From assembly GCA_017474205.1 (NCBI GenBank), contig JAFVID010000028.1, positions 7,647-71,646 on the forward strand: DNA of 64,000 nt, written 5' to 3'. The notes under the pieces were generated by a model. That model saw only the letters and a list, made by a program, of their open reading frames with translations, did not search any database and was not told where the DNA came from. A program made the position numbers and the translations under genes. Shown here piece after piece: positions 28,895 through 37,574 of the stretch; within the stretch, counting starts at the first letter, position 1, and each line of letters opens with the position of its first letter. This stretch comes from Clostridia bacterium (GTDB lineage: Bacteria; Bacillota; Clostridia; Oscillospirales; Acutalibacteraceae).

Positions 28895-29809
28895 CTAACC
28901 TAACTCTAACATACGGTCAATGGATTGTTTTGCCTTAACACGAATATCTTCATCAAGTTGTATATCTTCTCCGCCCTCGCCCTTAAGTGCATTGTAAAGG
29001 GTTTCAAGGTCGGTCATATCCATATCTTTGCAGGTGAGGATATCGGGGCAGGGTGTGATGAATTTTCTGCCCTCAATTTTTTCGTTAAGATAGTTTGCCA
29101 CCTGACGCTCGGTAACGATAATTACGTCACCCTTTTGTGCCTTTGCAAAGTCGATAATCTCGGCGGTTGACCCTGCGAGGTCGGCAAGTTCAACTATTTC
29201 TTTAGGACATTCAGGATGCACCGCAACGGGAATGTCGGGATACATATCTATTACCTTTTTAACCTCATCAACGGGAACGGCATTGTGAACGGGACAATAT
29301 CCATTCCAAATGGTTACCTCTTTTTCGGGACACATTTTTGCAACAAAACTTCCCAAATTTTTATCGGGTAAAAAGAGGATTTTTTTGTTGGGGATATTTT
29401 TTACAATGTTTACCGCCGAGGAGGATGTTACACAAACGTCGCACACCGCTTTAAGTTGGATAGTGGTGTTTACGTAGCAAACCACCGCAACGTCGGGATT
29501 TTCTTTGCGGAATTTTAATACCTCTTCGGGGGATATTTGCTCCGCCATAGGACAGGTTGCCTTTGGAGCAGGTAAAATAACGGCTGTTTCGGGGGACATG
29601 GCCTTGGCTGTTTCTGCCATAAATCTAACACCGCAAAGAATAACCTTTTCGTAGTTTTCTTTGGCGGCTACCTGAGCAAGTTTGAAACTATCTCCCGTTA
29701 CGTCGGCTAAATCTATTATTTCGGGGCGTTGATATGTATGTGCCATAATCACCGCTCCCGTTTGTTTTTTAAGTTCTTTTATTCGGTTAATAAGTTCCTG
29801 TTTTTCCAT
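28895..29809 (-). CDS. nadA: quinolinate synthase
   Basis: 304 aa with the typical NadA three-repeat organisation and conserved Cys ligands. It is first in the NAD operon. Confidence 0.9.
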   Translation of the reverse strand: MEKQELINRIKELKKQTGAVIMAHTYQRPEIIDLADVTGDSFKLAQVAAKENYEKVILCGVRFMAETAKAMSPETAVILPAPKATCPMAEQISPEEVLKFRKENPDVAVVCYVNTTIQLKAVCDVCVTSSSAVNIVKNIPNKKILFLPDKNLGSFVAKMCPEKEVTIWNGYCPVHNAVPVDEVKKVIDMYPDIPVAVHPECPKEIVELADLAGSTAEIIDFAKAQKGDVIIVTERQVANYLNEKIEGRKFITPCPDILTCKDMDMTDLETLYNALKGEGGEDIQLDEDIRVKAKQSIDRMLELG

Positions 29810-29886
29810 AAACTCACCTTGAAAAAAAGTATTTCATATCATTATACCACCCTGCATTTTGGGTGTCAATAAAATCGGCTTGTATT

Positions 29887-30813
29887 CTACCCCTTTTTAA
29901 GGGATATTTTTTCAAAAATTTCCATAGCGGATGCTTCATCACAAACACCGCTACCCTCAACCATAACGGTTGCGGTGCCACAGGCACAGGAAAGTCGCAC
30001 ACAGTCAGCAATATCTAATCCGCGGATAAGACCGATACAAAATCCCGCAAGGGTGCTATCCCCTGCACATACGTTGGATTTTACATCAACTTTAACGCCA
30101 TCCACATCAAAAATTTCACCACTACAAAGTGCTTTCATACCCCTTTCCCCAAGGGTTAAAAGGATATTCTCTACCCCTTCATTATGAAGGTTTAACATTT
30201 CTTCGCTTATCTTGAGCGGGGATAATATAGCCACCCCAATAAGTTTCGCAAATTCGTGAAGATTTGGTTTTATGGCAAATGGTTTTATTTTTTTAATATT
30301 TTCTATGCCGATGCTTTCGGTATCTAAAAGCACCTTGCCACCTGCCTCTTTTATTTTAAGACAAAAATCGGTGAGCATATCTTCGTTTACACCCAGGGGG
30401 ATACTTCCCGAAACGGCAACTAAATCCCCCTTTAAAAGCACGGATTTAATGCTCTCTAAAAGGTTGTAGAGGTCGGCACTACCTGCCACCGCACCCATTC
30501 GGTTTAATTTAACGCATTTATCATCACTGCGGATGGTTAAATTTTCTCTTATTCTGCCCTCGATTTGTGCCGAGATAAACTCCCCTGCTGTATCGTTTAG
30601 AAGATTAAGATATTCGGGGGTGTTTTCCCTTCCCATAAGGGCAAAGCAATATCCGTCAGCACCGAATTTTTTTGCAACACGGGATACGTTTACCCCTTTT
30701 CCTCCTGCTTCGCGGATTTCGGTATGCACCCTGCCTACCTTGTCGAAGTCAATTTGGTCACACATAAGGGTAACGTCTATGGCGGGATTAAGGGTAACGG
30801 TAATGAGTTTCAT
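29887..30813 (-). CDS. 1-phosphofructokinase / PfkB-family sugar-phosphate kinase
   Basis: 308 aa. It opens MKLITVTLNPAIDVT and has the C-terminal GAGDS-type block (CAGDSTLAGF) of the FruK/LacC subfamily. Confidence 0.75.
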   Translation of the reverse strand: MKLITVTLNPAIDVTLMCDQIDFDKVGRVHTEIREAGGKGVNVSRVAKKFGADGYCFALMGRENTPEYLNLLNDTAGEFISAQIEGRIRENLTIRSDDKCVKLNRMGAVAGSADLYNLLESIKSVLLKGDLVAVSGSIPLGVNEDMLTDFCLKIKEAGGKVLLDTESIGIENIKKIKPFAIKPNLHEFAKLIGVAILSPLKISEEMLNLHNEGVENILLTLGERGMKALCSGEIFDVDGVKVDVKSNVCAGDSTLAGFCIGLIRGLDIADCVRLSCACGTATVMVEGSGVCDEASAMEIFEKISLKKG

Positions 30814-30834
30814 TTTTTAAGACCTCTTTGTGTT

Positions 30835-30868
30835 ATCTACTATCCCCGACACATCGGGGATAGTAGAT
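30835..30868. repeat. 14-bp perfect intercistronic stem-loop
   Basis: ATCTACTATCCCCG-ACACAT-CGGGGATAGTAGAT lies between the DUF4432 gene stop and the kinase start. There is no U-run on either strand. Confidence 0.7.
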
Positions 30869-30879
30869 GAAAAACTAAA

Positions 30880-31902
30880 TTATTTTTTATAAGATGCGAT
30901 TTCGGCACGAACACTTTCGAGTTCGTCTGCTTCAAATACGGTGAACTTTACAAAATATTCTTTAGATTCACCGGGTTTAAGGGTTTTGAGGATACCGTTT
31001 TCACGAGCATACTTTCTTCCCATAAAACTGCAGTTACTGGGTTCAAGTCCGAGGGCATAATCTCTTGCCTTCATAGATTTCCATTCACCGAATTGGTCGA
31101 GGGTATCGGCTGAATATTCGAGTTTAACACCCATACCGATTTTTTCGTTGTAGATAGCCACTGCAGTAACGCCATCTTTAGATGCCATTTCGTGCATAAA
31201 GCATTGTTCGGGCCAGCCTGCTTCGGGAGCGATGATTTGGTCATATACGTCAACACCCTTTTCGGCTTCGGCATCACGGGGGATAACCTTAAGGGTGGGG
31301 ATCATAACTTCAGCGCCTTCGTCAAGAAGGGGATATCCCATATTGCAATGATAAAGGATAAGGACTGCTGCATCCTCTCCGCCTTCGTTCATAACAACGT
31401 CCTTTACAAGGATAGATTTACCCTCAATAGTGTAGTTACGGGTAAGAAGGAGTTTATCGCCAAAAAGTTCTGCCTCACGCATTTTGCCCGAAATAGTAAT
31501 TTTACCGCTTACGGGGTCACAGTCGTATGCAAGATTTTCACAAGCGGTGTTGGAAATTTTACCGTGAATACCATATTCAACACCTTCGTCAACACATCCT
31601 GCACCTGCATTTTTAAGTCCGCAAGTGGTCATAAAACCTGCGGTAAAGTTGGGGAAGAAGGTTTCTTCATCAAAGAAGGCAGGATTAGCATATCCTGAAG
31701 GGGCAAAATAGCCAAGGTTTTTGCCTTTGTATTCAAAACGATAAAGGTCAAGACAACGGTCGGCACAAACGGTAGCGTGAATACCCTCTTCATTCTTTGC
31801 CTGAACAAGACGGGTGCCGTCTCCTCTGCCGCCGCAAAGACGCATTTCTTCAACCGCATTGAGTTGGGAATGATGTCCGATTTTCATTTGTTTGCAATCC
31901 AT
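30880..31902 (-). CDS. aldose-1-epimerase-superfamily protein (DUF4432-like)
   Basis: Start set at MDCKQMK (31902) with AAGGAG 8 nt upstream, giving 340 aa. The pattern is recalled for DUF4432 mutarotase-like proteins. Confidence 0.6.
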   Translation of the reverse strand: MDCKQMKIGHHSQLNAVEEMRLCGGRGDGTRLVQAKNEEGIHATVCADRCLDLYRFEYKGKNLGYFAPSGYANPAFFDEETFFPNFTAGFMTTCGLKNAGAGCVDEGVEYGIHGKISNTACENLAYDCDPVSGKITISGKMREAELFGDKLLLTRNYTIEGKSILVKDVVMNEGGEDAAVLILYHCNMGYPLLDEGAEVMIPTLKVIPRDAEAEKGVDVYDQIIAPEAGWPEQCFMHEMASKDGVTAVAIYNEKIGMGVKLEYSADTLDQFGEWKSMKARDYALGLEPSNCSFMGRKYARENGILKTLKPGESKEYFVKFTVFEADELESVRAEIASYKK

Positions 31903-31939
31903 AGTTAAAACTCCTTTTGGATAATTTGTTTTTTTATTT

Positions 31940-32686
31940 TCATTCATCCAATGATGAATATCTTACCTCATTGAGATACAATCCAACTGCAGGGGCGGTG
32001 CCACCTGCTTTGCTTCGGTCTTTACTTTCAATAATCGCAGGAATGTCTTTTGGATTTATTTTACCCTCTGCCACTTTTAGCAAAGTCCCTGCCATTATTC
32101 GTACCATATTATATAAAAATCCGTCGGCACACACCTTGAAGATAACCATATCTCCATCCTTTATAACCGAGGCATATTTAACGGTGCGGGTTTTATCCCC
32201 CTCTTTAGCCCCTGCGGAGCAAAAGGCGGAAAAATCGTGGGTACCGCAAAAATACTGTGCCGCTTCGTTCAATTTATCAACGTCGAGTTCACCGTATCGG
32301 CGATACGCTCTACCCTCAATAAAGGGGTCGCGGTAGGATGAATGATGAATAAGATAGATATATTCCTTTTCAATACAGGAATATCTTGCGTGAAAATCAT
32401 CATCCACAATTTTACAATCAAACACCGCCACGTCATCGGGAAGATGTATATTCATTCCAAGCACAACCGAGCGGGGTGGAATTTCCTTTTCACTGTCGAA
32501 ATGGGCACAGTACATATTTGCGTGGACACCGCTATCGGTGCGACTGCATCCCTTAATATCGGGACGGTGGCAAAACACCTTTTCCACCGCATCCTGCACC
32601 ACGGTTTGCACCGAAAGAGCATTGTTTTGCACCTGCCATCCACAGTAGGAAGTGCCGATATATTTTAAGTAGATTAAATATCTCAT
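31940..32686 (-). CDS. truA: tRNA pseudouridine(38-40) synthase
   Basis: From MRYLIYLKYIGTSYCGWQVQ. It has the catalytic block RTDSGVHA. The start ATG (32686) overlaps the ecfT stop (ATGA). Confidence 0.9.
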   Translation of the reverse strand: MRYLIYLKYIGTSYCGWQVQNNALSVQTVVQDAVEKVFCHRPDIKGCSRTDSGVHANMYCAHFDSEKEIPPRSVVLGMNIHLPDDVAVFDCKIVDDDFHARYSCIEKEYIYLIHHSSYRDPFIEGRAYRRYGELDVDKLNEAAQYFCGTHDFSAFCSAGAKEGDKTRTVKYASVIKDGDMVIFKVCADGFLYNMVRIMAGTLLKVAEGKINPKDIPAIIESKDRSKAGGTAPAVGLYLNEVRYSSLDE

Positions 32687-33534
32687 ATAATTACCGTAAT
32701 AAGGGCGTAAATAATACCCTCTAAATAAATGTTTGATATAACAACCGCACCAATAAGCACCACAAAACAAACAATCGCAAAGTAATCTCTAAATGCGAGT
32801 TTCATTTGCTTAACCCTTGTTCTGCCCTCGCCACCGTGATAACATCTGCACTCCATAGCATCGGCAAGTTCAAGTGCCCTGCGGAATGAGGATACAAGCA
32901 AGGGTATAAGAATAGGGATAAGTGCCTTAAGACGGCTTTTTATTCCACCGCTTTCGAGGTCGGCTCCCCTTGCCTTTTGGGCGGACATTATCTTGTCGGT
33001 TTCTTCAATAAGGGTGGGGATAAATCTTAATGCTATGGTCATCATCATAGCAAAGGAGTGAACGTCGATTTTAATAAGGTTCAAGGGGGAAAGCACCCTT
33101 TCAATAGCATCGGTAAGTTCGGTGGCGGATGTGGTATAGGTCAGCACCGACCCCGCTATTACAAGAAGGCACACACGAAGTGTCATATAAATAGCGGTGG
33201 TAACGCCTCCAAGGGTTACCGATAAATTCCAACCGAAAATATCAAAGGCAAAAAGTTCTTGTCCGCTCTTAACGTAAAGCAGGTTAAGAATAGAGGTTAT
33301 TCCCACAATGATAATAAGGGGTTTTAAGGATTTTATATACATCCTTACAGGAACGTTTGTGAGCATAACGTAGATAAAAAGTCCCACCGCGGTACAAAGA
33401 AGTGCCGCAAAGTTTTGGGATACAAATATAAGGGCAATAAAGGCAACGGTTAAAATAAGTTTAACCCTTGCATCCATTTTGTGAATAGGGGAACTACAGG
33501 GGAAAAACTGCCCGAAGGTTATATCATTAAGCAT
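32683..33534 (-). CDS. ecfT: ECF transporter transmembrane component
   Basis: 283 aa and polytopic, with an ARG-type coupling helix block (QKARGADL). It sits after the two EcfA genes and before truA, as in Firmicutes. Confidence 0.85.
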   Translation of the reverse strand: MLNDITFGQFFPCSSPIHKMDARVKLILTVAFIALIFVSQNFAALLCTAVGLFIYVMLTNVPVRMYIKSLKPLIIIVGITSILNLLYVKSGQELFAFDIFGWNLSVTLGGVTTAIYMTLRVCLLVIAGSVLTYTTSATELTDAIERVLSPLNLIKIDVHSFAMMMTIALRFIPTLIEETDKIMSAQKARGADLESGGIKSRLKALIPILIPLLVSSFRRALELADAMECRCYHGGEGRTRVKQMKLAFRDYFAIVCFVVLIGAVVISNIYLEGIIYALITVII

Positions 33535-34414
33535 CTAATTTATAACCCTCCTTTTTAAGGCGGATAAGTTCTTTTACCGCATCATTTACCGAAAAGTTTG
33601 CAATATTAACGGGAAGTCCTTTGTTTTTAAGACTGATAAGCATTTTTGTAAGGGCAGGGAGAATAAGTCCCGACTGCTCAACAATATCGGTTTCGGCAAA
33701 TATCTTTTCGGGGGTATCAAAAGCCACCGCTTCTCCCCCTTTAAGCACAAGCACCTTGTTGCATAATTTTGCTATATCTTCCATATTGTGAGATACAATT
33801 ACCACCGAGGTATTGGTGGTTTTATTGAGTTCCACAATCATATCAAGTATTCTTTGTCTGCCTTTAGGGTCAAGACCTGCGGTGGGCTCGTCCAAAATAA
33901 GAATTTCGGGTTCCATAGCAACCACACCTGCAATAGCGGCACGGCGTTTTTCTCCCCCCGACAAATCAAAGGGGGATTTATTAAGCAAATGTGGGGGTAA
34001 TCCCACAAGTTTTGATGCAGATATTACCCTGCGGTCAATCTCATCCTTTTCGAGTCCCATATTTGAGGGGCCAAAGGATATATCTTTATAAACCGTTTCG
34101 TCAAAAAGTTGATATTCGGGATATTGAAAAACAAGTCCGATTTTAAAACGGGCATCGTGAAGGGATTTTTTATTTGCAAAAATATCCTCACCATTTAAGG
34201 TGACACTTCCCGAAGTGGGTTTAAGGAGTCCGTTAAGCATCTGCACAAGGGTAGATTTACCCGAACCGGTATGACCGATGATGCCCACAATCTCTCCCTT
34301 TTCCACACAAAAATCCACACCCTTTACGGCTTGCTTCACAAAGGGAGTTTTTTGGGAGTAGATATATTCAAGTTTTTGTGCTTCTAAAAGTGCCAATTTA
34401 ATTCTATCCTTCAA
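33527..34414 (-). CDS. ecfA2: ECF transporter ATPase component A2
   Basis: 295 aa with Walker A GHTGSGKST, signature LSGGEKRR and Walker B ILILDEP. Confidence 0.85.
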   Translation of the reverse strand: MKDRIKLALLEAQKLEYIYSQKTPFVKQAVKGVDFCVEKGEIVGIIGHTGSGKSTLVQMLNGLLKPTSGSVTLNGEDIFANKKSLHDARFKIGLVFQYPEYQLFDETVYKDISFGPSNMGLEKDEIDRRVISASKLVGLPPHLLNKSPFDLSGGEKRRAAIAGVVAMEPEILILDEPTAGLDPKGRQRILDMIVELNKTTNTSVVIVSHNMEDIAKLCNKVLVLKGGEAVAFDTPEKIFAETDIVEQSGLILPALTKMLISLKNKGLPVNIANFSVNDAVKELIRLKKEGYKLDA

Positions 34415-35252
34415 ACGATTTTAGTATATATTCGGTACATTCTTCGGGGGTTAAAACGCTGTCGGGGATATTAAATCCCTCTTTGTTTAACATTTCTTTA
34501 ACGTCGCAGGTAACGGGGAGGGTTAAATCTGCACTTCGTAAGATATCTCCCTTTGAAAAAACCTCACAGGGTGTTCCGTCGAGAATAATTTCTCCCGATT
34601 TCATAACCACAACCCTATCGGCATCGGTAACCTCTTCCATATAGTGGGTAATAAGGACTACCGTGATACCCTTTTCTTTGTTAAGACGTTTAACCGCCGA
34701 AAGCACCTCTTTTCGACCTTTAGGGTCGAGCATGGCGGTGGGTTCATCAAGAACGATACATTTTGGCTCCATTGCAAGAATACCCGCAATCGCCACCCTT
34801 TGTTTTTGTCCACCCGAAAGTTTGGTGGTGGAGTCCTCACGACACTCCCACATTCCCACGTCTTTAAGGGCGGTTTCAACACGTTGTTTGATTTCCTCAG
34901 GGGGGATACCTAAATTTTCGGGACCAAAGGCAACGTCCTCAAAAACCACGGTGGTAACGATTTGATTATCGGGATTTTGAAAAACAAGCCCTACGTTTTG
35001 GCGAATATCAAAACGGCGGTCTTCTTCCAAGGTGGATATCCCTTCGCAAAACACCTCACCGCTGTCGGGAAGATACATCCCATTCATAAGTCGGGAAAGG
35101 GTTGATTTGCCCGAACCGTTATGACCGATAATTGCGGTAAAACTTCCCCTTTCTATGTTTAGGGAGAAATTTTCAAAAAGTTTAATAAGGGGGGCATTTT
35201 CTTCCTCCCTGTAACTGAAATCTATATTTTTAATCTCAATAATGTTATCCAT
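34404..35252 (-). CDS. ecfA1: ECF transporter ATPase component A1
   Basis: 282 aa with Walker A GHNGSGKST, signature LSGGQKQR and Walker B CIVLDEP. Confidence 0.85.
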   Translation of the reverse strand: MDNIIEIKNIDFSYREEENAPLIKLFENFSLNIERGSFTAIIGHNGSGKSTLSRLMNGMYLPDSGEVFCEGISTLEEDRRFDIRQNVGLVFQNPDNQIVTTVVFEDVAFGPENLGIPPEEIKQRVETALKDVGMWECREDSTTKLSGGQKQRVAIAGILAMEPKCIVLDEPTAMLDPKGRKEVLSAVKRLNKEKGITVVLITHYMEEVTDADRVVVMKSGEIILDGTPCEVFSKGDILRSADLTLPVTCDVKEMLNKEGFNIPDSVLTPEECTEYILKSFEG

Positions 35253-35442
35253 CTAAATTCAATGCTTTCTCCCACGGGGAATTTGATTTTAGTATATTAT
35301 ATATACTAGGGGCATAATACACCTATAGTAAACCATCTACCATAATACTATAAATCGGGTTAAAATGTCAATATAAACCTTCGCAAATAAAGGGGGTAAA
35401 AAAGATAATTTTAAAAAAAATTCAAAAAGTTAAAAAAAATGC

Positions 35443-35471
35443 TTGACAAACGGATAAATATTATGTATAAT
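35443..35471 (+). promoter_or_regulatory. consensus sigma-A promoter of the tRNA cluster with A-tract UP region
   Basis: TTGACA (35443-35448), a 17-nt spacer, then TATAAT (35466-35471), 15 nt before tRNA-Gly. Phased A-tracts lie at 35396-35440. Confidence 0.8.
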
Positions 35472-35485
35472 TCGCTTTGTCCTTT

Positions 35486-35561
35486 GCGGATTTAGCTCAT
35501 CTGGTAGAGCGCCACCTTGCCAAGGTGGAGGTAGCGAGTTCGAGCCTCGTAATCCGCTCCA
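35486..35561 (+). tRNA. tRNA-Gly (anticodon GCC)
   Basis: Hand-folded cloverleaf. Acceptor GCGGATT/AATCCGC, D-arm GCTC/GAGC, anticodon stem CCACC/GGTGG with loop TTGCCAA, T-arm GCGAG-TTCGAGC-CTCGT, discriminator T and encoded CCA. Confidence 0.9.
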
Positions 35562-35575
35562 CCATATTTTTATAT

Positions 35576-35652
35576 GGCGGTATAGCTCAGCTGGCTAGAG
35601 CATTCGGTTCATACCCGAAGTGTCGTTGGTTCAAATCCGACTACCGCTACCA
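35576..35652 (+). tRNA. tRNA-Met (anticodon CAT, elongator type; a lysidine-dependent tRNA-Ile2 cannot be excluded)
   Basis: Acceptor GGCGGTA/TACCGCT (G1-U72), anticodon stem TTCGG/CCGAA with loop TTCATAC, T-arm GTTGG-TTCAAAT-CCGAC and encoded CCA. Confidence 0.85.
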
Positions 35653-35716
35653 AAGGTAAGGCGGAAGGGTACTGAAACAGCTTTAGCACCCTTCCCCAAA
35701 CCAAAAAACTTAATAT

Positions 35717-35791
35717 GGCCCGTTGGTCAAGCGGTTAAGACACCGCCCTTTCACGGCGGTAACACGAGTTCGATTCTCGTACGGGTCACCA
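35717..35791 (+). tRNA. tRNA-Glu (anticodon TTC)
   Basis: GGCCCGTTGGTCAAGCGGTTAAGAC...CCGCC-CTTTCAC-GGCGG...TTCGATTC...ACGGGTCACCA. This is the typical bacterial tRNA-Glu sequence pattern. Confidence 0.9.
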
Positions 35792-35824
35792 AAAATCCCT
35801 TAAACGAAAGTTTGAGGGATTTTT
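35792..35824 (+). terminator. rho-independent terminator of the tRNA cluster
   Basis: About 15-bp stem AAAATCCCTTAAAC / GTTTGAGGGATTTT with a GAAA tetraloop and a trailing T-run. Confidence 0.85.
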
Positions 35825-35918
35825 ACTTATTACCTATTCACTCTTCACTATTACCTCCACCAAAAAATCTTGGGATTTTTGGAAGGTAAAAAGTAATAGT
35901 TAATAGTGAAGAAGTTAA
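35823..35918. repeat. ~96-bp imperfect palindrome built from 7-bp-periodic arms around a central hairpin
   Basis: The left arm is TTACTTA TTACCTA TTCACTC TTCACTA TTACCTC. The centre is CCAAAAAATC-TTGG-GATTTTTGG. The right arm is AAGGTAA AAAGTAA TAGTTAA TAGTGAA GAAGTTA, the reverse complement of the left-arm style. Confidence 0.7.
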
Positions 35919-35975
35919 CGAAAGTTTGAGGTTTTTTCTTTTTTACTCTTCATTTTCTTCTCTATCATCCCCACA

Positions 35976-36004
35976 TTGACATACGTATACTATTATGGTA
36001 TAAT
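35976..36004 (+). promoter_or_regulatory. consensus extended -10 promoter for the GH25 gene
   Basis: TTGACA (35976-35981), a 17-nt spacer, then TGgTATAAT (35996-36004), about 60 nt before the ATG at 36066. Confidence 0.75.
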
Positions 36005-36065
36005 TAAAATGATGACCTCTCCCCTCTTCTTTGGGAATACTTACACCAAAAGTTGGAGGTATTTT

Positions 36066-37523
36066 ATGAGAAAAATTTTATCCGTTATTATTTGCTTTGG
36101 AATTTTAATGTCGGCGCTTTGCGGTCTTTCTTTCCAGATCGCATCTGCCGAAACCCTTTGGGGCATAGACGTATCCCACTATCAGGGCAACATTGATTGG
36201 AACAAGGTCAAGGCCGCAGGGGTGGATTTTGTAATTATCCAAGCAGGATACGAATACACCAAAAACCAACGATTTGAAGAATATTATGCCGGTGCAAAGG
36301 CGGCAGGTATCCCCGTTGGTGCCTATCTTTACACCTATGCCGATAACATTGACGAAGCCACCAAAGAGGCAAACACCCTTGTTAATAATCTTAAGGGCAA
36401 AACCTTTGAATGGCCTATTTACATCGACGTTGAGGAATCATCAAAATATTCAAAATATACAAGAGATTACGTTGCCGATCTTGTTTTGACCGAGCTTCAA
36501 ATTCTTGAAGAGGCAGGATATTTCTGCGGTGTTTACACCTACACAAACTTCGCGAATAACTATATAAATATGTCTAAACTCTCCGCCTACACCACCTGGA
36601 TTGCGGAATACAATTCCAAGTGCAACTACAAAGGTGCATACGATATTTGGCAGTATTCGTCATCCCTTTCGGTAAACGGTGTTTCATCCGCGAGATGCGA
36701 TACAAACTACGCCTACGTTGATTTTGAACCCATTATCAAAGCGGGTGGATACAACGGTTTTGAGGCCGAGGATGATACCCCAAAAGAACCCGTTGTTTTG
36801 GAAGATAAGGTTATCATCGATGGCACGTCCACCACAAACACAAGGGTAAACGCAAATCATTATGCCACCACCGTTGAAACCGCAAACGGCAAACGTGGGG
36901 GAGAAAAATCCCTTAAACTCAATTTTAACGACCCCACCGGCAAGGCATCATCTACACAGGTTGGCGGTATGATGTTTTATGATTTCCCCACCTCTCAAGA
37001 CCTTTCAGATTATGAATATTTATCCTTAGATATTTATCTCCCTCACGATATGACAGGCACCCACAATTTTCAGGTAAACTTTATTACCAGCGGTGAGGAT
37101 GGATACAATCAAAACAACGATATAAGCGGATGGAAGGCAGGTTGGCACACCATTGTTATCCCCCTTAAAGAGGTTGAAATGGCAACCACCGCCAACTGGA
37201 AAAATATAAATATACTCCGTTTTACCTGGTTTAACAATGCCAATATGACCGAAGTAAACTATATGCTCCTTGGCAACGTTACGTTAAGTCAAAACGAGCC
37301 CGTTATAGAAGAGATTATCATTGTTTACGGCGACGTTGACAATGATGCAAAAATCGGGGTGGAAGATGCCCTTCTCGTGCTTCAACATTCGGTAGATAAA
37401 ATTACATTCACCACCGATCAAATCACCGCAGGAGACGTAAATAACGATGCTCTTACCGATGCAACCGATGCCTTGTTAATACTTCAATTTTCGGTGGATA
37501 AAATCACGTCATTCCCACGATAA
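36066..37523 (+). CDS. secreted GH25 muramidase (lysozyme) with unassigned beta-sandwich-like module and C-terminal dockerin
   Basis: Start at MRKILSVIICFG (GGAGG RBS) with a signal peptide ending ASA. The GH25 opening is LWGIDVSHYQGNIDWNKVKAAGVDFVIIQAGYEY with later blocks. The module (~aa 290-430 of the track ORF) precedes a dockerin at 37326-37520. Confidence 0.85.
   Translation: MRKILSVIICFGILMSALCGLSFQIASAETLWGIDVSHYQGNIDWNKVKAAGVDFVIIQAGYEYTKNQRFEEYYAGAKAAGIPVGAYLYTYADNIDEATKEANTLVNNLKGKTFEWPIYIDVEESSKYSKYTRDYVADLVLTELQILEEAGYFCGVYTYTNFANNYINMSKLSAYTTWIAEYNSKCNYKGAYDIWQYSSSLSVNGVSSARCDTNYAYVDFEPIIKAGGYNGFEAEDDTPKEPVVLEDKVIIDGTSTTNTRVNANHYATTVETANGKRGGEKSLKLNFNDPTGKASSTQVGGMMFYDFPTSQDLSDYEYLSLDIYLPHDMTGTHNFQVNFITSGEDGYNQNNDISGWKAGWHTIVIPLKEVEMATTANWKNINILRFTWFNNANMTEVNYMLLGNVTLSQNEPVIEEIIIVYGDVDNDAKIGVEDALLVLQHSVDKITFTTDQITAGDVNNDALTDATDALLILQFSVDKITSFPR
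37326..37520 (+). other. dockerin module
   Basis: YGDVDNDAKIGVEDALLVLQHSVDK...GDVNNDALTDATDALLILQFSVDK. Confidence 0.8.
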
Positions 37524-37534
37524 AATTGCAAAAG

Positions 37535-37567
37535 AAAAACTGCGATAGGATAACCTATCGCAGTTTT
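37535..37567. terminator. terminator hairpin family copy 3 (bidirectional)
   Basis: AAAAACTGCGATAGG-ATAA-CCTATCGCAGTTTT lies between convergent dockerin genes. Its stem is identical to the copy at 17133-17156. Confidence 0.85.
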
Positions 37568-37574
37568 GTTTTAT

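Noticed and set aside
29810-29886. NiaR/NadR-type operator upstream of nadA
   Set aside because: I could not find a convincing palindrome and do not remember the consensus precisely enough. No niaR gene is in the window.
35576-35652. Initiator tRNA-fMet
   Set aside because: Position 1-72 is paired (G-U), not the C-A mismatch of initiators, and the anticodon stem lacks the three consecutive G-C pairs. I therefore call it elongator Met (or Ile2).
35477-35889. 60-aa and 89-aa ORFs across the tRNA cluster
   Set aside because: They overlap three well-folded tRNA genes and their terminator, so they are spurious.
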